Origin: a virus
Taxonomy: Duplodnaviria; Caudoviricetes
Direction: 5' to 3' (one strand)
DNA: 64,000 nt
Virus record (IMG/VR): IMGVR_UViG_2974753081_000001
Location: 64,001 to 128,000 of that record
A program made the translations under genes and the position numbers. Shown piece after piece: positions 18,757-28,484 of the stretch; positions within the stretch are counted from its first letter, which is position 1, and each line of letters begins with the position of its first letter. The notes beneath the pieces were generated by a model. The model was not told the DNA's origin and made no database searches. It was given only the letters and a program-made list of their open reading frames with translations.

Positions 18757-19052
18757 ACAAGGACCCGTTCGAGAACCACCACGAGATCGAGGTGCGCGTG
18801 GCGCTGAAGGGCGAGAAGTCGGCCATGCTCTCTTCGCGGCAGCTCATCTATGCCTCGGTGGAGGTCTCCGACATCGAGCTGATCCAGCGGTTCACCTACG
18901 TGCTCTCCCAGATGACCATCGAGGTGGAGAACGCGCTGCGAGCCAAGATCGGACTGCCCTCGCTGTCGCAGGCGGAGCGGATGGAGTACGAGCGGCAAGC
19001 CTACGAGCGCACGGCACAGCTCCAGCGCCTGCGGGGCAGGGGGATGGTCTGA
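18753..19052 (+). CDS. Hypothetical protein
   Basis: AGGAGG RBS, GTGA coupling. Confidence 0.65.
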   Translation: MNKDPFENHHEIEVRVALKGEKSAMLSSRQLIYASVEVSDIELIQRFTYVLSQMTIEVENALRAKIGLPSLSQAERMEYERQAYERTAQLQRLRGRGMV

Positions 19053-19258
19053 TGGCGCTCGGCGAGATGCCTCGCACTCCAGTGTGGATGGCGGTCCACA
19101 CCCATCGGTCCGGTCGGACGACGGTCTCGGTGGGGTACTCCAAGGCGACCGAGGTCGATGTGCAGTACGCGCCGTGGTGGCCCAACGAGGTCAGCCGGAC
19201 GCTGTACAACTACGAGGACGGCTTGCCTGTCCCGCAGATGGGATGGGGGCGCGAGTGA
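19052..19258 (+). CDS. Hypothetical protein
   Basis: Coupled ORF. Confidence 0.55.
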   Translation: MALGEMPRTPVWMAVHTHRSGRTTVSVGYSKATEVDVQYAPWWPNEVSRTLYNYEDGLPVPQMGWGRE

Positions 19259-19434
19259 GGCTGCATCGGATCAAGGTAAGACGACCGAGCATCTATCCGC
19301 CGGTCTGGATCAACCACGGCCCCGGCATCGTCCGGCTGGACGAGGCGAACTGGCGCACCTTCAACGGCATCGGGTGGAAGTGGGGCACCTACACCTACTG
19401 GCTGTCCATTCGGTCTGAGGACGGGGTGCTCTGA
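19255..19434 (+). CDS. Hypothetical protein
   Basis: GTGA coupling. Confidence 0.5.
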   Translation: MRLHRIKVRRPSIYPPVWINHGPGIVRLDEANWRTFNGIGWKWGTYTYWLSIRSEDGVL

Positions 19435-19685
19435 TGGACCCGGTCCTGTTCCTGCTGCTCTACGGTCTCGGCGTGCTTGTCGAGGCGCTGTACCTGTACT
19501 GGCCGCTGCTGTTCGGCTCGAAAGAAAATCGCGAATCTACTCGCTTGGACTACGAGTCGGTCGCCCACTCCGACGACTGGGTGCTCATCCACGCGGTCAT
19601 CTGGCTGACCTCGGTCACGTTCCCGGTGATCTGGGCGGTGACTTTGGTCGTATTCGCCAAGCGAGTCCTGAAAGGGAAGCCATGA
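19434..19685 (+). CDS. Small membrane protein (2 TM)
   Basis: Two hydrophobic segments. Confidence 0.6.
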   Translation: MDPVLFLLLYGLGVLVEALYLYWPLLFGSKENRESTRLDYESVAHSDDWVLIHAVIWLTSVTFPVIWAVTLVVFAKRVLKGKP

Positions 19686-19710
19686 ACCAGTCATCCGAGG
19701 GGATGGATCA

Positions 19711-20562
19711 ATGACGACGACAGATCAACTGAGGGCCGCGAGGGCGGTCCTGGAGGCGGCGGGCTACGTCGTTCTCAAGAAAAAATCTTACGACGACATC
19801 CAGCGCAAGCGTCAGCGAGCCGAGACGCTGCTGGCGGCTGAGAGGGATCACCAGAAGAGCCTCTACGCCTGGATGAGCCAGCACTTCGAGGAGGAGCGTC
19901 GGCTGCGGGAGCGGCTGGTGTTCGTCTACGGCGTGGCGCGGGCTCACGGGGCACCGGTCGCGGAGCTGCACTCCCCCGAGGGAGCGATCCAGCAGGCTGA
20001 GGACGCCAACGGCGGCATCATCACCGAGATCACCATCTCCGATCTCATCATCAGGAGCCTCAGCGCGGCGGTCTACGAGGACTACGTCGATGAGGAGACG
20101 GGCGACGAGCTGTGCCGGGTGGTGCCGGGCACCGAGGACTTCGGTCTGGTGGAGCTGTTCGTCCCCGTGGAGAGTATGGGCCTGATCTCTTTCAACAAGC
20201 CGGTCGACCTGACGGTGAAGGTGGCCCAGCCCGAGTCTCGTGACATCCGGAAGGTGGAGGCCCCTGAGGCCACTTTCGACTACGGGGATGTGGAGGTCGG
20301 CACGGGAGCGCCGGACCCCAACGTCGACTTCAACGTGACCGTCACCGAGCCGGAGCAGGCAGCTGAGTATCCCGGCGTGGCCTCCAAGGACATCACGAAG
20401 ATGGAGTCACCGGCCTATCACCCCGAGCCCCAGCCCTGCACCCCGGAGCACGAGGACGAGCAGAAGGCTGACCCCGTGGCCCAGGAGACGTCGATGTTCG
20501 AGTTCGATGACATCCGTTTCGATGATGACGACGACTTCGAGAAGGAGGCCAGTGATGACTGA
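19711..20562 (+). CDS. Hypothetical protein, acidic C-terminus
   Basis: Long ORF with phage codon bias. Confidence 0.65.
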   Translation: MTTTDQLRAARAVLEAAGYVVLKKKSYDDIQRKRQRAETLLAAERDHQKSLYAWMSQHFEEERRLRERLVFVYGVARAHGAPVAELHSPEGAIQQAEDANGGIITEITISDLIIRSLSAAVYEDYVDEETGDELCRVVPGTEDFGLVELFVPVESMGLISFNKPVDLTVKVAQPESRDIRKVEAPEATFDYGDVEVGTGAPDPNVDFNVTVTEPEQAAEYPGVASKDITKMESPAYHPEPQPCTPEHEDEQKADPVAQETSMFEFDDIRFDDDDDFEKEASDD

Positions 20563-20755
20563 GGTGACGCGGTTCGAGGTCGGGCAGACGGTCCTCACCC
20601 CCATCGGCAGGAGAGCGACGATCGTGCGTGGGCCGTATCGCAAGTACGGCGAGGACTGCTACGACATCGTCCAGCCCACCGATCTCGGGGAGCCTGCCCG
20701 CTACACCCATCGCTACTTCGCCCGTCAGCTCAGGGCGGCAGGAGACGACGGATGA
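20555..20755 (+). CDS. Hypothetical protein
   Basis: AAGGAGG RBS. Confidence 0.55.
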   Translation: MTEVTRFEVGQTVLTPIGRRATIVRGPYRKYGEDCYDIVQPTDLGEPARYTHRYFARQLRAAGDDG

Positions 20756-21000
20756 ATATGCTGCGCCTGAATCTGCCGAAGGGGAAGTGGAACAACCCAG
20801 ATATTCCGGAACGCGCCCTGCTGGTATCCCCTGGCTCCATCGTGGCCCTGGAAACGCTCAACCCTGATGTGACGGTGGTCCATGTGCAGGGGTATCGGTG
20901 GACGGTAATGCACTCGGTGGCTGCGATAGAGGCGATGCTCCAGGAGGCAGAGAAGTACGAACTGTACTCCCAGATCACCCGAGAACACCCCCTGAAGTAA
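20752..21000 (+). CDS. Hypothetical protein
   Basis: AGGAG RBS, ATGA coupling. Confidence 0.6.
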   Translation: MNMLRLNLPKGKWNNPDIPERALLVSPGSIVALETLNPDVTVVHVQGYRWTVMHSVAAIEAMLQEAEKYELYSQITREHPLK

Positions 21001-21018
21001 AAAACCGACATCGAGGAA

Positions 21019-21088
21019 GTGTTGACACTACGTCTGCCCAGTCGGCCACTGTCCTTCGCACGCTGGGTGACCAGCGTAGTGTTAACAC
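21019..21088. promoter_or_regulatory. Inverted repeat made of two GTAGTGTYRACAC motifs
   Basis: GTGTTGACACTACG (21019-32) ... CGTAGTGTTAACAC (21075-88). Confidence 0.65.
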
Positions 21089-21138
21089 GAACCCCGACAG
21101 ATTCTCTCGACAAATTATTGACAAGGACGTGACAAGCA

Positions 21139-21627
21139 ATGCAGCACCCTAATCTCGGTGAACAGGCGTTTCTCGGGCGAAATCAGAACTCTGTGCCCGA
21201 TTTGAGTCGTCTCGGCTCTGCGGCCTCAGACGTCAATCCGATCACTGGTCATGACCCAGGGCAGCTGACTCCTACCGAGCGCAATCTGTGTGAGGCGGCG
21301 GCGATGCAGCTGAACCAGCGATGGATGCACAAGACCTACGATCCGGACTCCCCGGACTCGGTCTGGGACCAGTTCGCCAACGAGGCTCGCAACCAGTTCG
21401 CTGAGATCGGGTTCGTCATCGACATCATGTGGTCGGAGATTCAGGCGGACGGCCTGCCCGGCACTGCGGCCATCCCTCAGATCACGGTGATCGGACGGAC
21501 TGACCGGCACGAGACCGACCATGAACGTATTCAGCACGAGGTGCGCAAGGGCCTGCTGGACGGCAAGGAGGGTGTCATCCGGGAGGACGGCACGTGGGCC
21601 GAGTCGGCGAAGCGGACGCAGCTATGA
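21139..21627 (+). CDS. Hypothetical protein
   Basis: ORF after intergenic region. Confidence 0.7.
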   Translation: MQHPNLGEQAFLGRNQNSVPDLSRLGSAASDVNPITGHDPGQLTPTERNLCEAAAMQLNQRWMHKTYDPDSPDSVWDQFANEARNQFAEIGFVIDIMWSEIQADGLPGTAAIPQITVIGRTDRHETDHERIQHEVRKGLLDGKEGVIREDGTWAESAKRTQL

Positions 21628-21806
21628 GCGTTCGTCGTCGTCAGATGAGGCACTGGCCCTACGTCCACCGCACGTGGTCCTGGGGCAGGGTCTACCGCGT
21701 CCTCAACGTCTCCGCGACGCCCCGACGGGTGACCTGGATGTTGCACTGTTCGTGGGATCGCAGGATCAACGCTCTGCGGTTCTCTGTGATGGAAGTGGCT
21801 CGATAG
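21624..21806 (+). CDS. Hypothetical protein
   Basis: ATGA coupling. Confidence 0.45.
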   Translation: MSVRRRQMRHWPYVHRTWSWGRVYRVLNVSATPRRVTWMLHCSWDRRINALRFSVMEVAR

Positions 21807-21821
21807 GAAGACCGACGAGCA

Positions 21822-21849
21822 GTAACGATTCCCGACCAAGGAGCGATGT
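21822..21849 (+). promoter_or_regulatory. SigD-like promoter GTAACG-N16-CGATGT
   Basis: Family member; spacer contains CCCGACCAAGGAG. Confidence 0.65.
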
Positions 21850-21856
21850 ACATCCC

Positions 21857-22057
21857 ATGAGCGATCAAATGCACACCAAGGCGTGGTTCACCGGAGCTGC
21901 CACGGGTAGCGCGGATAACGCCGATGACGAGTGGCGGGACTTCAGGCTCGACGGCGAGCGCGCTATCGAGGTGTCGTTTCTGGTGCCCGATTCGGCCATC
22001 GATGGGGTCCGCAAGCTGCTGAACGAGCGCGGCACGCTCACCTTCGCCAAGGCGTAA
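21857..22057 (+). CDS. Hypothetical protein
   Basis: Start re-called after promoter/RBS. Confidence 0.55.
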   Translation: MSDQMHTKAWFTGAATGSADNADDEWRDFRLDGERAIEVSFLVPDSAIDGVRKLLNERGTLTFAKA

Positions 22058-22081
22058 CGGAGCGAGGGCTCCGAGCGATGT
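22054..22081 (+). promoter_or_regulatory. SigD-like promoter GTAACG-N16-CGATGT
   Basis: Family member; includes upstream TAA stop. Confidence 0.65.
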
Positions 22082-22197
22082 ACCCAGTAGGTCGAACTCG
22101 CGGTAACGATCTGGGAGAGCGTGCTAGGCGAGTATTGGGCACGCTTGCGGTCAACCTCTCCCGGATGACCTACACATAATTTTTCCTGAGGAGGATC

Positions 22198-22458
22198 ATG
22201 ACCGTCCCAGACAACGAGCTGATCGACCGGCTGCGCAAGCGGTACACCGTCGCTACGCCTCCGCCCTGCTCGGTCTGTGGCGCAGAGCTGCGGATCAGTT
22301 CGATGGGTGGCGGTCGGCAGACGTGGGCGTGCTCCACGACGCTCAGCAACGTCTCGGACGGTGGGCTGAAGCACTACGCCCAGAGCCAGTGGACGTGTGT
22401 GGTCGGCGACCCGGACGTCATCGAGCTGATCTCTCGCTACCAGGCGTCGGCGTCGTGA
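22198..22458 (+). CDS. Hypothetical protein (Cys-containing)
   Basis: GAGGAGG RBS. Confidence 0.65.
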   Translation: MTVPDNELIDRLRKRYTVATPPPCSVCGAELRISSMGGGRQTWACSTTLSNVSDGGLKHYAQSQWTCVVGDPDVIELISRYQASAS

Positions 22459-22829
22459 GTAGCGGACAGCTGCCTCGGTGGCCGCAGTTTTTTCCGAAGA
22501 TGAAGGTGCGAGGCAAGGGGCGTCTCCCTCGGACCCGCGTTGTCATATCTGGCGAGCTAATGGCGATCTATGACGAGGCTCTCCGGCTTGTTCGGGACAT
22601 CAACATCGAGTGTTTCGGAGTGGACCACGTCGAGATCGCTCCGAAGTACGAGGGCCTGTATCAGCACGCCGATTACCGATACGAAAGGCATCAGGTGGTG
22701 GTGTCCCCCTCGCTGCCCGTAGGCCACAGCATCGCTCTGCCATTCTGTCTCGACTGCGGCGGTGAGAGCTGCCAGGTCTATCACTCCAACCCCTCTGAAG
22801 GAGACTCCGATGGCACGGCCACTGGATAA
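22455..22829 (+). CDS. Hypothetical protein
   Basis: GTGA coupling. Confidence 0.5.
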   Translation: MSSGQLPRWPQFFPKMKVRGKGRLPRTRVVISGELMAIYDEALRLVRDINIECFGVDHVEIAPKYEGLYQHADYRYERHQVVVSPSLPVGHSIALPFCLDCGGESCQVYHSNPSEGDSDGTATG

Positions 22830-23037
22830 GCCCCCGGTCCGGCCCAACGTCATCCTCGAAGAGGAGACGGCGCAGATGCTGTACGACATCTGCAAGGCGC
22901 GCGGCGACACGGTGACCACCACGGTGCGCCGGGCGATCCGTCTGCTGCACGCCATCGAGAAAGAAAATCGGGAGGGCAACCAGCTCGCCATCGAGGCTCC
23001 CGATGGACGCATCATCGGAAAGGTAGTGGTGCTGTGA
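22810..23037 (+). CDS. Ribbon-helix-helix DNA-binding protein
   Basis: VRPNVIL.EE...L..IC...G.TVTTTVRRAI; AAGGAG RBS. Confidence 0.6.
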   Translation: MARPLDKPPVRPNVILEEETAQMLYDICKARGDTVTTTVRRAIRLLHAIEKENREGNQLAIEAPDGRIIGKVVVL

Positions 23038-23339
23038 CCGAGGCACACCGGTTCACCGTTCGTCGGCAGGACGGGATCAACCCGCCCCCGAACACTCCCT
23101 GCGCTGTCTGCGGGCTCACCCGTGCTGCCCACGACGACCCGAACAACGGTCCGCTCAACGTGCGCGATGCTTACCGTGAGCTGCAGGTGGCCCGGACGCT
23201 CGCACGCATCCTCTATCAGCTCGACGCCGCCCCCGGCTCTGCCGAGTGGGACTACGCCCTGGAGCCGGTACGTGACACGTATCTGCGGCGCGCTCGCGCT
23301 GTCGTCCGGCACCCCGAGATCAAGGTGGACTTCCCGTGA
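23034..23339 (+). CDS. Hypothetical protein
   Basis: Coupled ORF. Confidence 0.55.
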   Translation: MTEAHRFTVRRQDGINPPPNTPCAVCGLTRAAHDDPNNGPLNVRDAYRELQVARTLARILYQLDAAPGSAEWDYALEPVRDTYLRRARAVVRHPEIKVDFP

Positions 23340-23569
23340 CGATGGCCGACGGCTTCGAGGCGATGGGTGACGAGGTCAGACGGCCCCGTCCGCTGAAGGT
23401 CTATGCGTTGTGGAGGCAGGCGCGCGAGACGCTCGACATCCCCGGCGTCTCCCCTACGCTGCTGGCCCTGTTCGCCAGCGAGGACTCAGCGCAGGATAAG
23501 TGCCGTGCGTACAACAAGCGCCTGCGCTTCACGGCGCACTGGGTGACTGTGATCGAGGTGGAGCAGTGA
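23336..23569 (+). CDS. Hypothetical protein
   Basis: Coupled ORF. Confidence 0.55.
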   Translation: MTMADGFEAMGDEVRRPRPLKVYALWRQARETLDIPGVSPTLLALFASEDSAQDKCRAYNKRLRFTAHWVTVIEVEQ

Positions 23570-23787
23570 TCGGCGCGGGTACGAGATTTTTTGTCGGCAT
23601 CGCAGACAAGGTGCTGCGGCGGCGCACCCCCGAACGGGACGTCGATCGGTTCCTGGAGGAGCTGAGCGCCAGGCCGCGCACCATCGCGTGCAACTACTGC
23701 CCCTCCCCGTTCGAGTGGAATGGTGGAGCGCAATGATCCGAAGCTGCGGCAGCTGCTGGTCGAGCACCTGAAGGACTTCCATGAGGA

Positions 23788-24222
23788 GTGGTACCGGTGA
23801 AGGCGTTCATTGTGGTCGACCCCTGCCAGGACTACGACGAAATCCCCCACAACGTCGCTGTGCTCCCCACCCTCGACGAGGCGATGGGTGCGTTGCCCGA
23901 GCTGAGACACCTGCTGGACACGGTGCGCGGTCGCAACGGCTACCACAACCAGCCCGCCAACGAGCTGTGCCTGGACATCCAGGAGTGGGACGGCGTGCGG
24001 CATGTCTGCACCACCTCGGTCTACGACGACGGGCGCGTCAAGAACGTCGAGGTCCATCTCACCGACGGCGAGCAGCGTGCGCTCATGGAGGAGCACAGGC
24101 GCATTGCTGATGAGATGGCCGAGGCGCGTAAGAGGTCGGCGCGGTCGGAACTTCCTCACCTGAAGTCCGGTGAGAGTGCGGTGCGGGGGTTGGGGAGGAT
24201 CGGCGGGGAGGCTGAGAAATGA
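23788..24222 (+). CDS. Hypothetical protein
   Basis: GAGGAG RBS. Confidence 0.6.
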   Translation: MVPVKAFIVVDPCQDYDEIPHNVAVLPTLDEAMGALPELRHLLDTVRGRNGYHNQPANELCLDIQEWDGVRHVCTTSVYDDGRVKNVEVHLTDGEQRALMEEHRRIADEMAEARKRSARSELPHLKSGESAVRGLGRIGGEAEK

Positions 24223-24313
24223 GGGATGGTCTGAGGGTCCTAGCGGTCATCGTGCCGATCTGGATACTGATGTTCGTCACGGTCGTCCTCATCGTTATGT
24301 ACGCGGAGCCAGC

Positions 24314-24634
24314 ATGTGGGTGAAGAAGGCCCCCGAGGCTCCGGCGCACGCCTGCGACAAGCCGATGGCCCGGCTGATGGTCCGGCCTCCGCGCACCAAC
24401 GGTCGCGGCGAGGTCGTCATGCCGGTGCGACCCAAGGTCCCCGTCGGCCCGCCTATCCCCGACGGGAAGGTCGGCGACGTCTGGCTCTGCGACGAGTGCC
24501 TGACGGTCTGGAAGGTTGGGCAGGAGATCGGCCCTCGGACCTACCCGTACACGCCCGGCGCGCTCCGGCCCGTGTGGCGACGTGCCGGTTGGTGGACGAC
24601 CCGCAAGGCCCGACGGGCGGTGGGGACAGCATGA
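24314..24634 (+). CDS. Hypothetical protein
   Basis: GGAG RBS; start re-called. Confidence 0.55.
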   Translation: MWVKKAPEAPAHACDKPMARLMVRPPRTNGRGEVVMPVRPKVPVGPPIPDGKVGDVWLCDECLTVWKVGQEIGPRTYPYTPGALRPVWRRAGWWTTRKARRAVGTA

Positions 24635-24852
24635 CTTTCGACCGGTACGCACCGGCCTGGGTGACCGATGACATCGCGCACGTGGGTTCCTGGAAGGTCA
24701 TCGACCTACGAACGGGTGAGGCCGTGCGGAACTACAAGGGTTCGGTGCGGCTGGGCGGCATCGACACCGCCAAGAACCTGGCGGACGCACTGAACCGGGG
24801 CGACATCGAGCCGAAGTTCGGCACCGAGACGATTGTGGAGGAAGAGCAGTGA
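24631..24852 (+). CDS. Hypothetical protein
   Basis: ATGA coupling. Confidence 0.55.
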   Translation: MTFDRYAPAWVTDDIAHVGSWKVIDLRTGEAVRNYKGSVRLGGIDTAKNLADALNRGDIEPKFGTETIVEEEQ

Positions 24853-25064
24853 AGGAAACGATGGAGCGCCTCCAGGCGGGGCTGCGAGCGAAGGGGATCG
24901 AGTTCCCGTTCGTCAAGATCGGCATGACCGACTTCGGCATCAGCGTCATCGCCTACACCGACGACGACGAGGGCGACGTGGTGGCCTGCCGCTCCCGACA
25001 GAACGTAGGGGTCGAGGCTCTGGCCGAGCTGATGTCCGAGCTGGCTGATGAGGTCGAGGCATGA
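24849..25064 (+). CDS. Hypothetical protein
   Basis: GTGA coupling. Confidence 0.55.
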   Translation: MKETMERLQAGLRAKGIEFPFVKIGMTDFGISVIAYTDDDEGDVVACRSRQNVGVEALAELMSELADEVEA

Positions 25065-25396
25065 GGCTGTCGGAGGCCAAGGGGTTCAACCTCAGCTCGA
25101 CCCAGGACGAGTGGTACATGCACGTGGTCGAGGAGCAGGACCCGATCGAGCTGGAGGACGGCGCGATGATCCCCTGCCGCCGGACGATGGTGTTCGGCCC
25201 CTTCACCAAGGAGGAGATGAAGTCCTCGGCTCGGCTGGCCGTCTCCGACCACCTGACTCACGTCGAGGGTGTCCACTGGGAGCGCACCAAGGTCCACACG
25301 ACGATCGGCCCGGCCCCGGAGACGATGGTCTCGGTCCGGGAGACGATGGCTCGCTATCGCGACCGCCACCGACACGACCACGACGGGATGTACTGA
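25061..25396 (+). CDS. Hypothetical protein
   Basis: ATGA coupling. Confidence 0.6.
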   Translation: MRLSEAKGFNLSSTQDEWYMHVVEEQDPIELEDGAMIPCRRTMVFGPFTKEEMKSSARLAVSDHLTHVEGVHWERTKVHTTIGPAPETMVSVRETMARYRDRHRHDHDGMY

Positions 25397-25524
25397 GATG
25401 CGGCGCTTTTGTGCTCTGGCAAGGTATTACTTCAATCAGTTCCGCGACAACCCGCTCACCACGTTCGCCGACAAGCCGGGCGAGCCGGACCGGGACCACA
25501 ACTCCGTTACCGGGCGAGGGCTCA

Positions 25525-25552
25525 GTAACGAAACGCCGAGGGGCACCGATAC
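25525..25552 (+). promoter_or_regulatory. SigD-like promoter GTAACG-N16-CGATAC
   Basis: Family member, intergenic. Confidence 0.7.
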
Positions 25553-25591
25553 ACCACCGAATGACGATTCACCTGCCTGAGGAGGCACCCC

Positions 25592-25789
25592 ATGTTCATC
25601 CCGCTCAAGCGAGCGCATGTCACTTACGACGACGGCATCCACGTCCAGAGCAACATGCCCTTCATCGACTTCGGCCCCGTCACCATCGGTAGCGAGGTCT
25701 ACTGGTCCGGTCGTCGCGCCGCCCAGTCCCCGGAGCGCACGTTCATCAATTCCCGTCACGTCCACGTCGTCAGGGAGGTGTCGGAATGA
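25592..25789 (+). CDS. Hypothetical protein
   Basis: GAGGAGG RBS. Confidence 0.6.
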   Translation: MFIPLKRAHVTYDDGIHVQSNMPFIDFGPVTIGSEVYWSGRRAAQSPERTFINSRHVHVVREVSE

Positions 25790-26037
25790 TGAGGCGCACG
25801 CTGTCTCGGGTCCGTGAGTACTTCGGCTTCACCTCTGCCCGTGAGCAGGCGGCGGCGACCTATGGCCGTCACGCTGCCGGTCCGTTCACGCCTCCGTTCC
25901 ACGCGGTGTGGGGGTACGGCCCCGTCAATCCGTTCTCGGGTGGTCGTCACCGTCCTGAGAACATCCCGTGGTGGGCAGGCATCCTGAGTGACGACGAGGT
26001 GCGTCCGTCTGCTGTGTCTCAGCTGGCGGCGTCATGA
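25786..26037 (+). CDS. Hypothetical protein
   Basis: GGAGG RBS, coupled. Confidence 0.55.
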   Translation: MMRRTLSRVREYFGFTSAREQAAATYGRHAAGPFTPPFHAVWGYGPVNPFSGGRHRPENIPWWAGILSDDEVRPSAVSQLAAS

Positions 26038-26213
26038 AGGTCTACTACCGGTTCTCCGTACCGCCGGATGCGCTCTCCCCTCCGCTGGAGGTCGATGCCG
26101 AGCGCGTGCCTCGGGTCGGCGATCAGATCGAGTTCGACCTGGACACCTACGACGTCCACTCGGTCACGTGGGCCGACCTGGAGCTGACCTCGGCGACGGT
26201 GGTGCTGCGATGA
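26034..26213 (+). CDS. Hypothetical protein (59 aa, below ORF-track cutoff)
   Basis: MKVYYRFSVPP...; ATGA coupling at both ends. Confidence 0.55.
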   Translation: MKVYYRFSVPPDALSPPLEVDAERVPRVGDQIEFDLDTYDVHSVTWADLELTSATVVLR

Positions 26214-26407
26214 GCGAGCGCAACATCACGACGCTGTCGATCCGCACCCGGCATCCCGAGGACTATGTGCTCATCAACGAGGCCGACGGCACTCGCTGGC
26301 GCGGGAGCGAAGACATGGGCTGGCTGCGCGACGACATCGAGGACGACCGCCTCTGCGGCTGCGGTGCGCGTGGCGATCACGACGAGACTCACGAGGATGC
26401 GCAGTGA
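26210..26407 (+). CDS. Hypothetical protein
   Basis: ATGA coupling. Confidence 0.55.
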   Translation: MSERNITTLSIRTRHPEDYVLINEADGTRWRGSEDMGWLRDDIEDDRLCGCGARGDHDETHEDAQ

Positions 26408-26820
26408 CTGAACCTCGATACATCTGGCTCGGCTATGAGGCGGAGTCTGTCGACGGCATGGCTCCGGCCAGCCTGAAGGTCGCTTTCGATGACGCGGACG
26501 TCGCGTCGGCGTGGAAGACCGATGTGCCTCGTGCTCCCTACCAGTCGAAGTCGCTTCAGCGAATCGAAATTTCTTCCCCCACGACCGATGCCGAGTTCGC
26601 GCGCGCCCGCCTGAAAATCGCGCGCGAGGTCGTGGCCGAGTGGATGACGCACCACGGCAAGACGGCGGTCCGGCTCTTCGATCTGGACGTCGAGATCGAC
26701 AACCTGGATGTGGACGAGCGGGCTCGGCAGATCATGGCCGAGTGCGGGCTGGACCACTCGGCACTGCCCGCCATCAAGGGGACGCTGCGCACTCTGAAGG
26801 AATGGGGAGACATCTCATGA
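26404..26820 (+). CDS. Hypothetical protein
   Basis: GTGA coupling. Confidence 0.6.
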   Translation: MTEPRYIWLGYEAESVDGMAPASLKVAFDDADVASAWKTDVPRAPYQSKSLQRIEISSPTTDAEFARARLKIAREVVAEWMTHHGKTAVRLFDLDVEIDNLDVDERARQIMAECGLDHSALPAIKGTLRTLKEWGDIS

Positions 26821-27344
26821 GCCTCTGCGGCGAAGAGTGGACCACGAGACGCGGCGGACATACCGAGCGCCTGGGGCACTCCTGCGGGGAGCCTCGGGGG
26901 CATCCCGGCATACATCGGTGCGCCCTCATCGACTGCTCGGACGTATTGTCTCTGGTGCCCAGCCCGTCGGAGTGCTTGGCGAAGGGTGGGCATCACTGGG
27001 AGACCCCGGTGCCGGGGAAACGCAACCGTTGCTCGCGCTGCGGGACCTCTGGCCAGGTGTTCGAGCCGCAGAAGGAGCCGGAGCTACCCGACGACGATGA
27101 AGACGCGGACTTTTTCTCCGAGGCGCATTGCTCCGAGTCGAAGGGGTGGTGGGAGGCGCAGGCCGCGCTGAACGCTCGGGTGCTTGCTCCAGGCGTCGGT
27201 CCGGTGTTCGTGCTGCGGGCCACCGACCCACGCAGCGTGCGCGCTCTGCGGGCTCTGGCCGACTCCTACAGCGAGCACAACCCTCTGCTCGCCTCTGAGA
27301 TCGATGCGTTCGCGGACGGATGGGCTCGGCGTCATGAGTACTGA
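26817..27344 (+). CDS. Hypothetical Cys/His-rich protein
   Basis: ATGA coupling. Confidence 0.55.
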   Translation: MSLCGEEWTTRRGGHTERLGHSCGEPRGHPGIHRCALIDCSDVLSLVPSPSECLAKGGHHWETPVPGKRNRCSRCGTSGQVFEPQKEPELPDDDEDADFFSEAHCSESKGWWEAQAALNARVLAPGVGPVFVLRATDPRSVRALRALADSYSEHNPLLASEIDAFADGWARRHEY

Positions 27345-27696
27345 GCCAAGGACCTGGCACATGAACGACCTGAACAGCTGGGGTCGCAACGTCTACTTCA
27401 GCAAGCCGCTGGAGTCGATCACCGAGGCCGCTGAGAAGGGCGTCGGCACCGCTCCGAAGGGGCGGCTCTGCGGCTGGCTGACTCCCCGGCCCCGCGTGGG
27501 TGACCTGTTCACCTGCGACATGAAGTCGGGGCGCGTGGCTGTGCTGCGGGTGACGAAGATGGACACCTACGTCGACCCGCCGGACATGTTCTACGCCGAC
27601 GTCGTGTTCGACGGCTATGCCGACCAGGAGGAGCAGAAGTCCCGCATCGCCTCGGCGGAGAAGCCAAGGCACCGACCGTGGTGGATGAACGCATGA
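27334..27696 (+). CDS. Hypothetical protein
   Basis: Start re-called. Confidence 0.6.
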   Translation: MSTEPRTWHMNDLNSWGRNVYFSKPLESITEAAEKGVGTAPKGRLCGWLTPRPRVGDLFTCDMKSGRVAVLRVTKMDTYVDPPDMFYADVVFDGYADQEEQKSRIASAEKPRHRPWWMNA

Positions 27697-28025
27697 CGTC
27701 GTATCTGAAGCTCTCCGAGCGTCCGGGCCTTAGCTTCACCGCGCCCGAGTGCAACGCCTGCCTGAAGGAGGTCGATCACGACGGCGACGGGTGGCTGTGC
27801 CCGTCCTGCGGTACATCCTGGCCGGGAAACGTGATGGAGTCCGACGGCTCTGATGCCCAGCTGTTCGAGGAGTGGTCGGGCGAGGAGCTGCCCGGACCAA
27901 CGTGCAAGACCGACGAGGCGTACCTCGCGGCGATCTCTCCGTCCGACTGGTGGAAGAGATGGCCGTCATGCGTGTACAACCAGAGTGACGATGACCACGA
28001 CCAACAGAAGGACGGCAATGGCTGA
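27693..28025 (+). CDS. Zn-ribbon hypothetical protein
   Basis: CNAC ... CPSC. Confidence 0.6.
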   Translation: MTSYLKLSERPGLSFTAPECNACLKEVDHDGDGWLCPSCGTSWPGNVMESDGSDAQLFEEWSGEELPGPTCKTDEAYLAAISPSDWWKRWPSCVYNQSDDDHDQQKDGNG

Positions 28026-28218
28026 GATGATGGGCGGACCCCTCGACGGCAAGTTCGAGGAGCCCATTCGCTGCACGGAATGTGATCGCGGCGAGGTAAT
28101 GGACATCGTGGAGACGGTCGAGGGGCCGAACGGTCAGCTCCAGGAGCACCTGTACTCCTATGACGAGCAGACCGGTCGCTGGCAATGGCTGGGACACGAG
28201 AACGTCGAAGTCTCATGA
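28018..28218 (+). CDS. Hypothetical protein
   Basis: GGPLDG motif, AAGGA RBS. Confidence 0.55.
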   Translation: MAEMMGGPLDGKFEEPIRCTECDRGEVMDIVETVEGPNGQLQEHLYSYDEQTGRWQWLGHENVEVS

Positions 28219-28484
28219 TCGCTCGCTCGGCGAGGGACTGGCTGCGCGACGCTGCTCGCTCGGTCGCCCTCGCTGCCGTGGCGCGCAAGACCCGGCGTGC
28301 TGCCGACGAGCAGTACATCCGGTCGCACGCCATCCAGTCGATCCCGGTCGACTGCCCAGAGCACGAGGACCCCATCACTGACATCGTGTGGGCCTCGGCG
28401 GGCGCTGGCCGCGATCCGAGCTGGCTGCGCGTGTACTACTACTGCGGATGCACGCTGTCGCCTGAAGGGAGAAGAGGCGAATGA
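28215..28484 (+). CDS. Hypothetical protein
   Basis: ATGA coupling. Confidence 0.5.
   Translation: MIARSARDWLRDAARSVALAAVARKTRRAADEQYIRSHAIQSIPVDCPEHEDPITDIVWASAGAGRDPSWLRVYYYCGCTLSPEGRRGE

Noticed and set aside
22103-22130. Other GTAAC hits (22103, 49176, 5647) as SigD-type promoters
   Set aside because: No CGAT at 16-17 nt spacing
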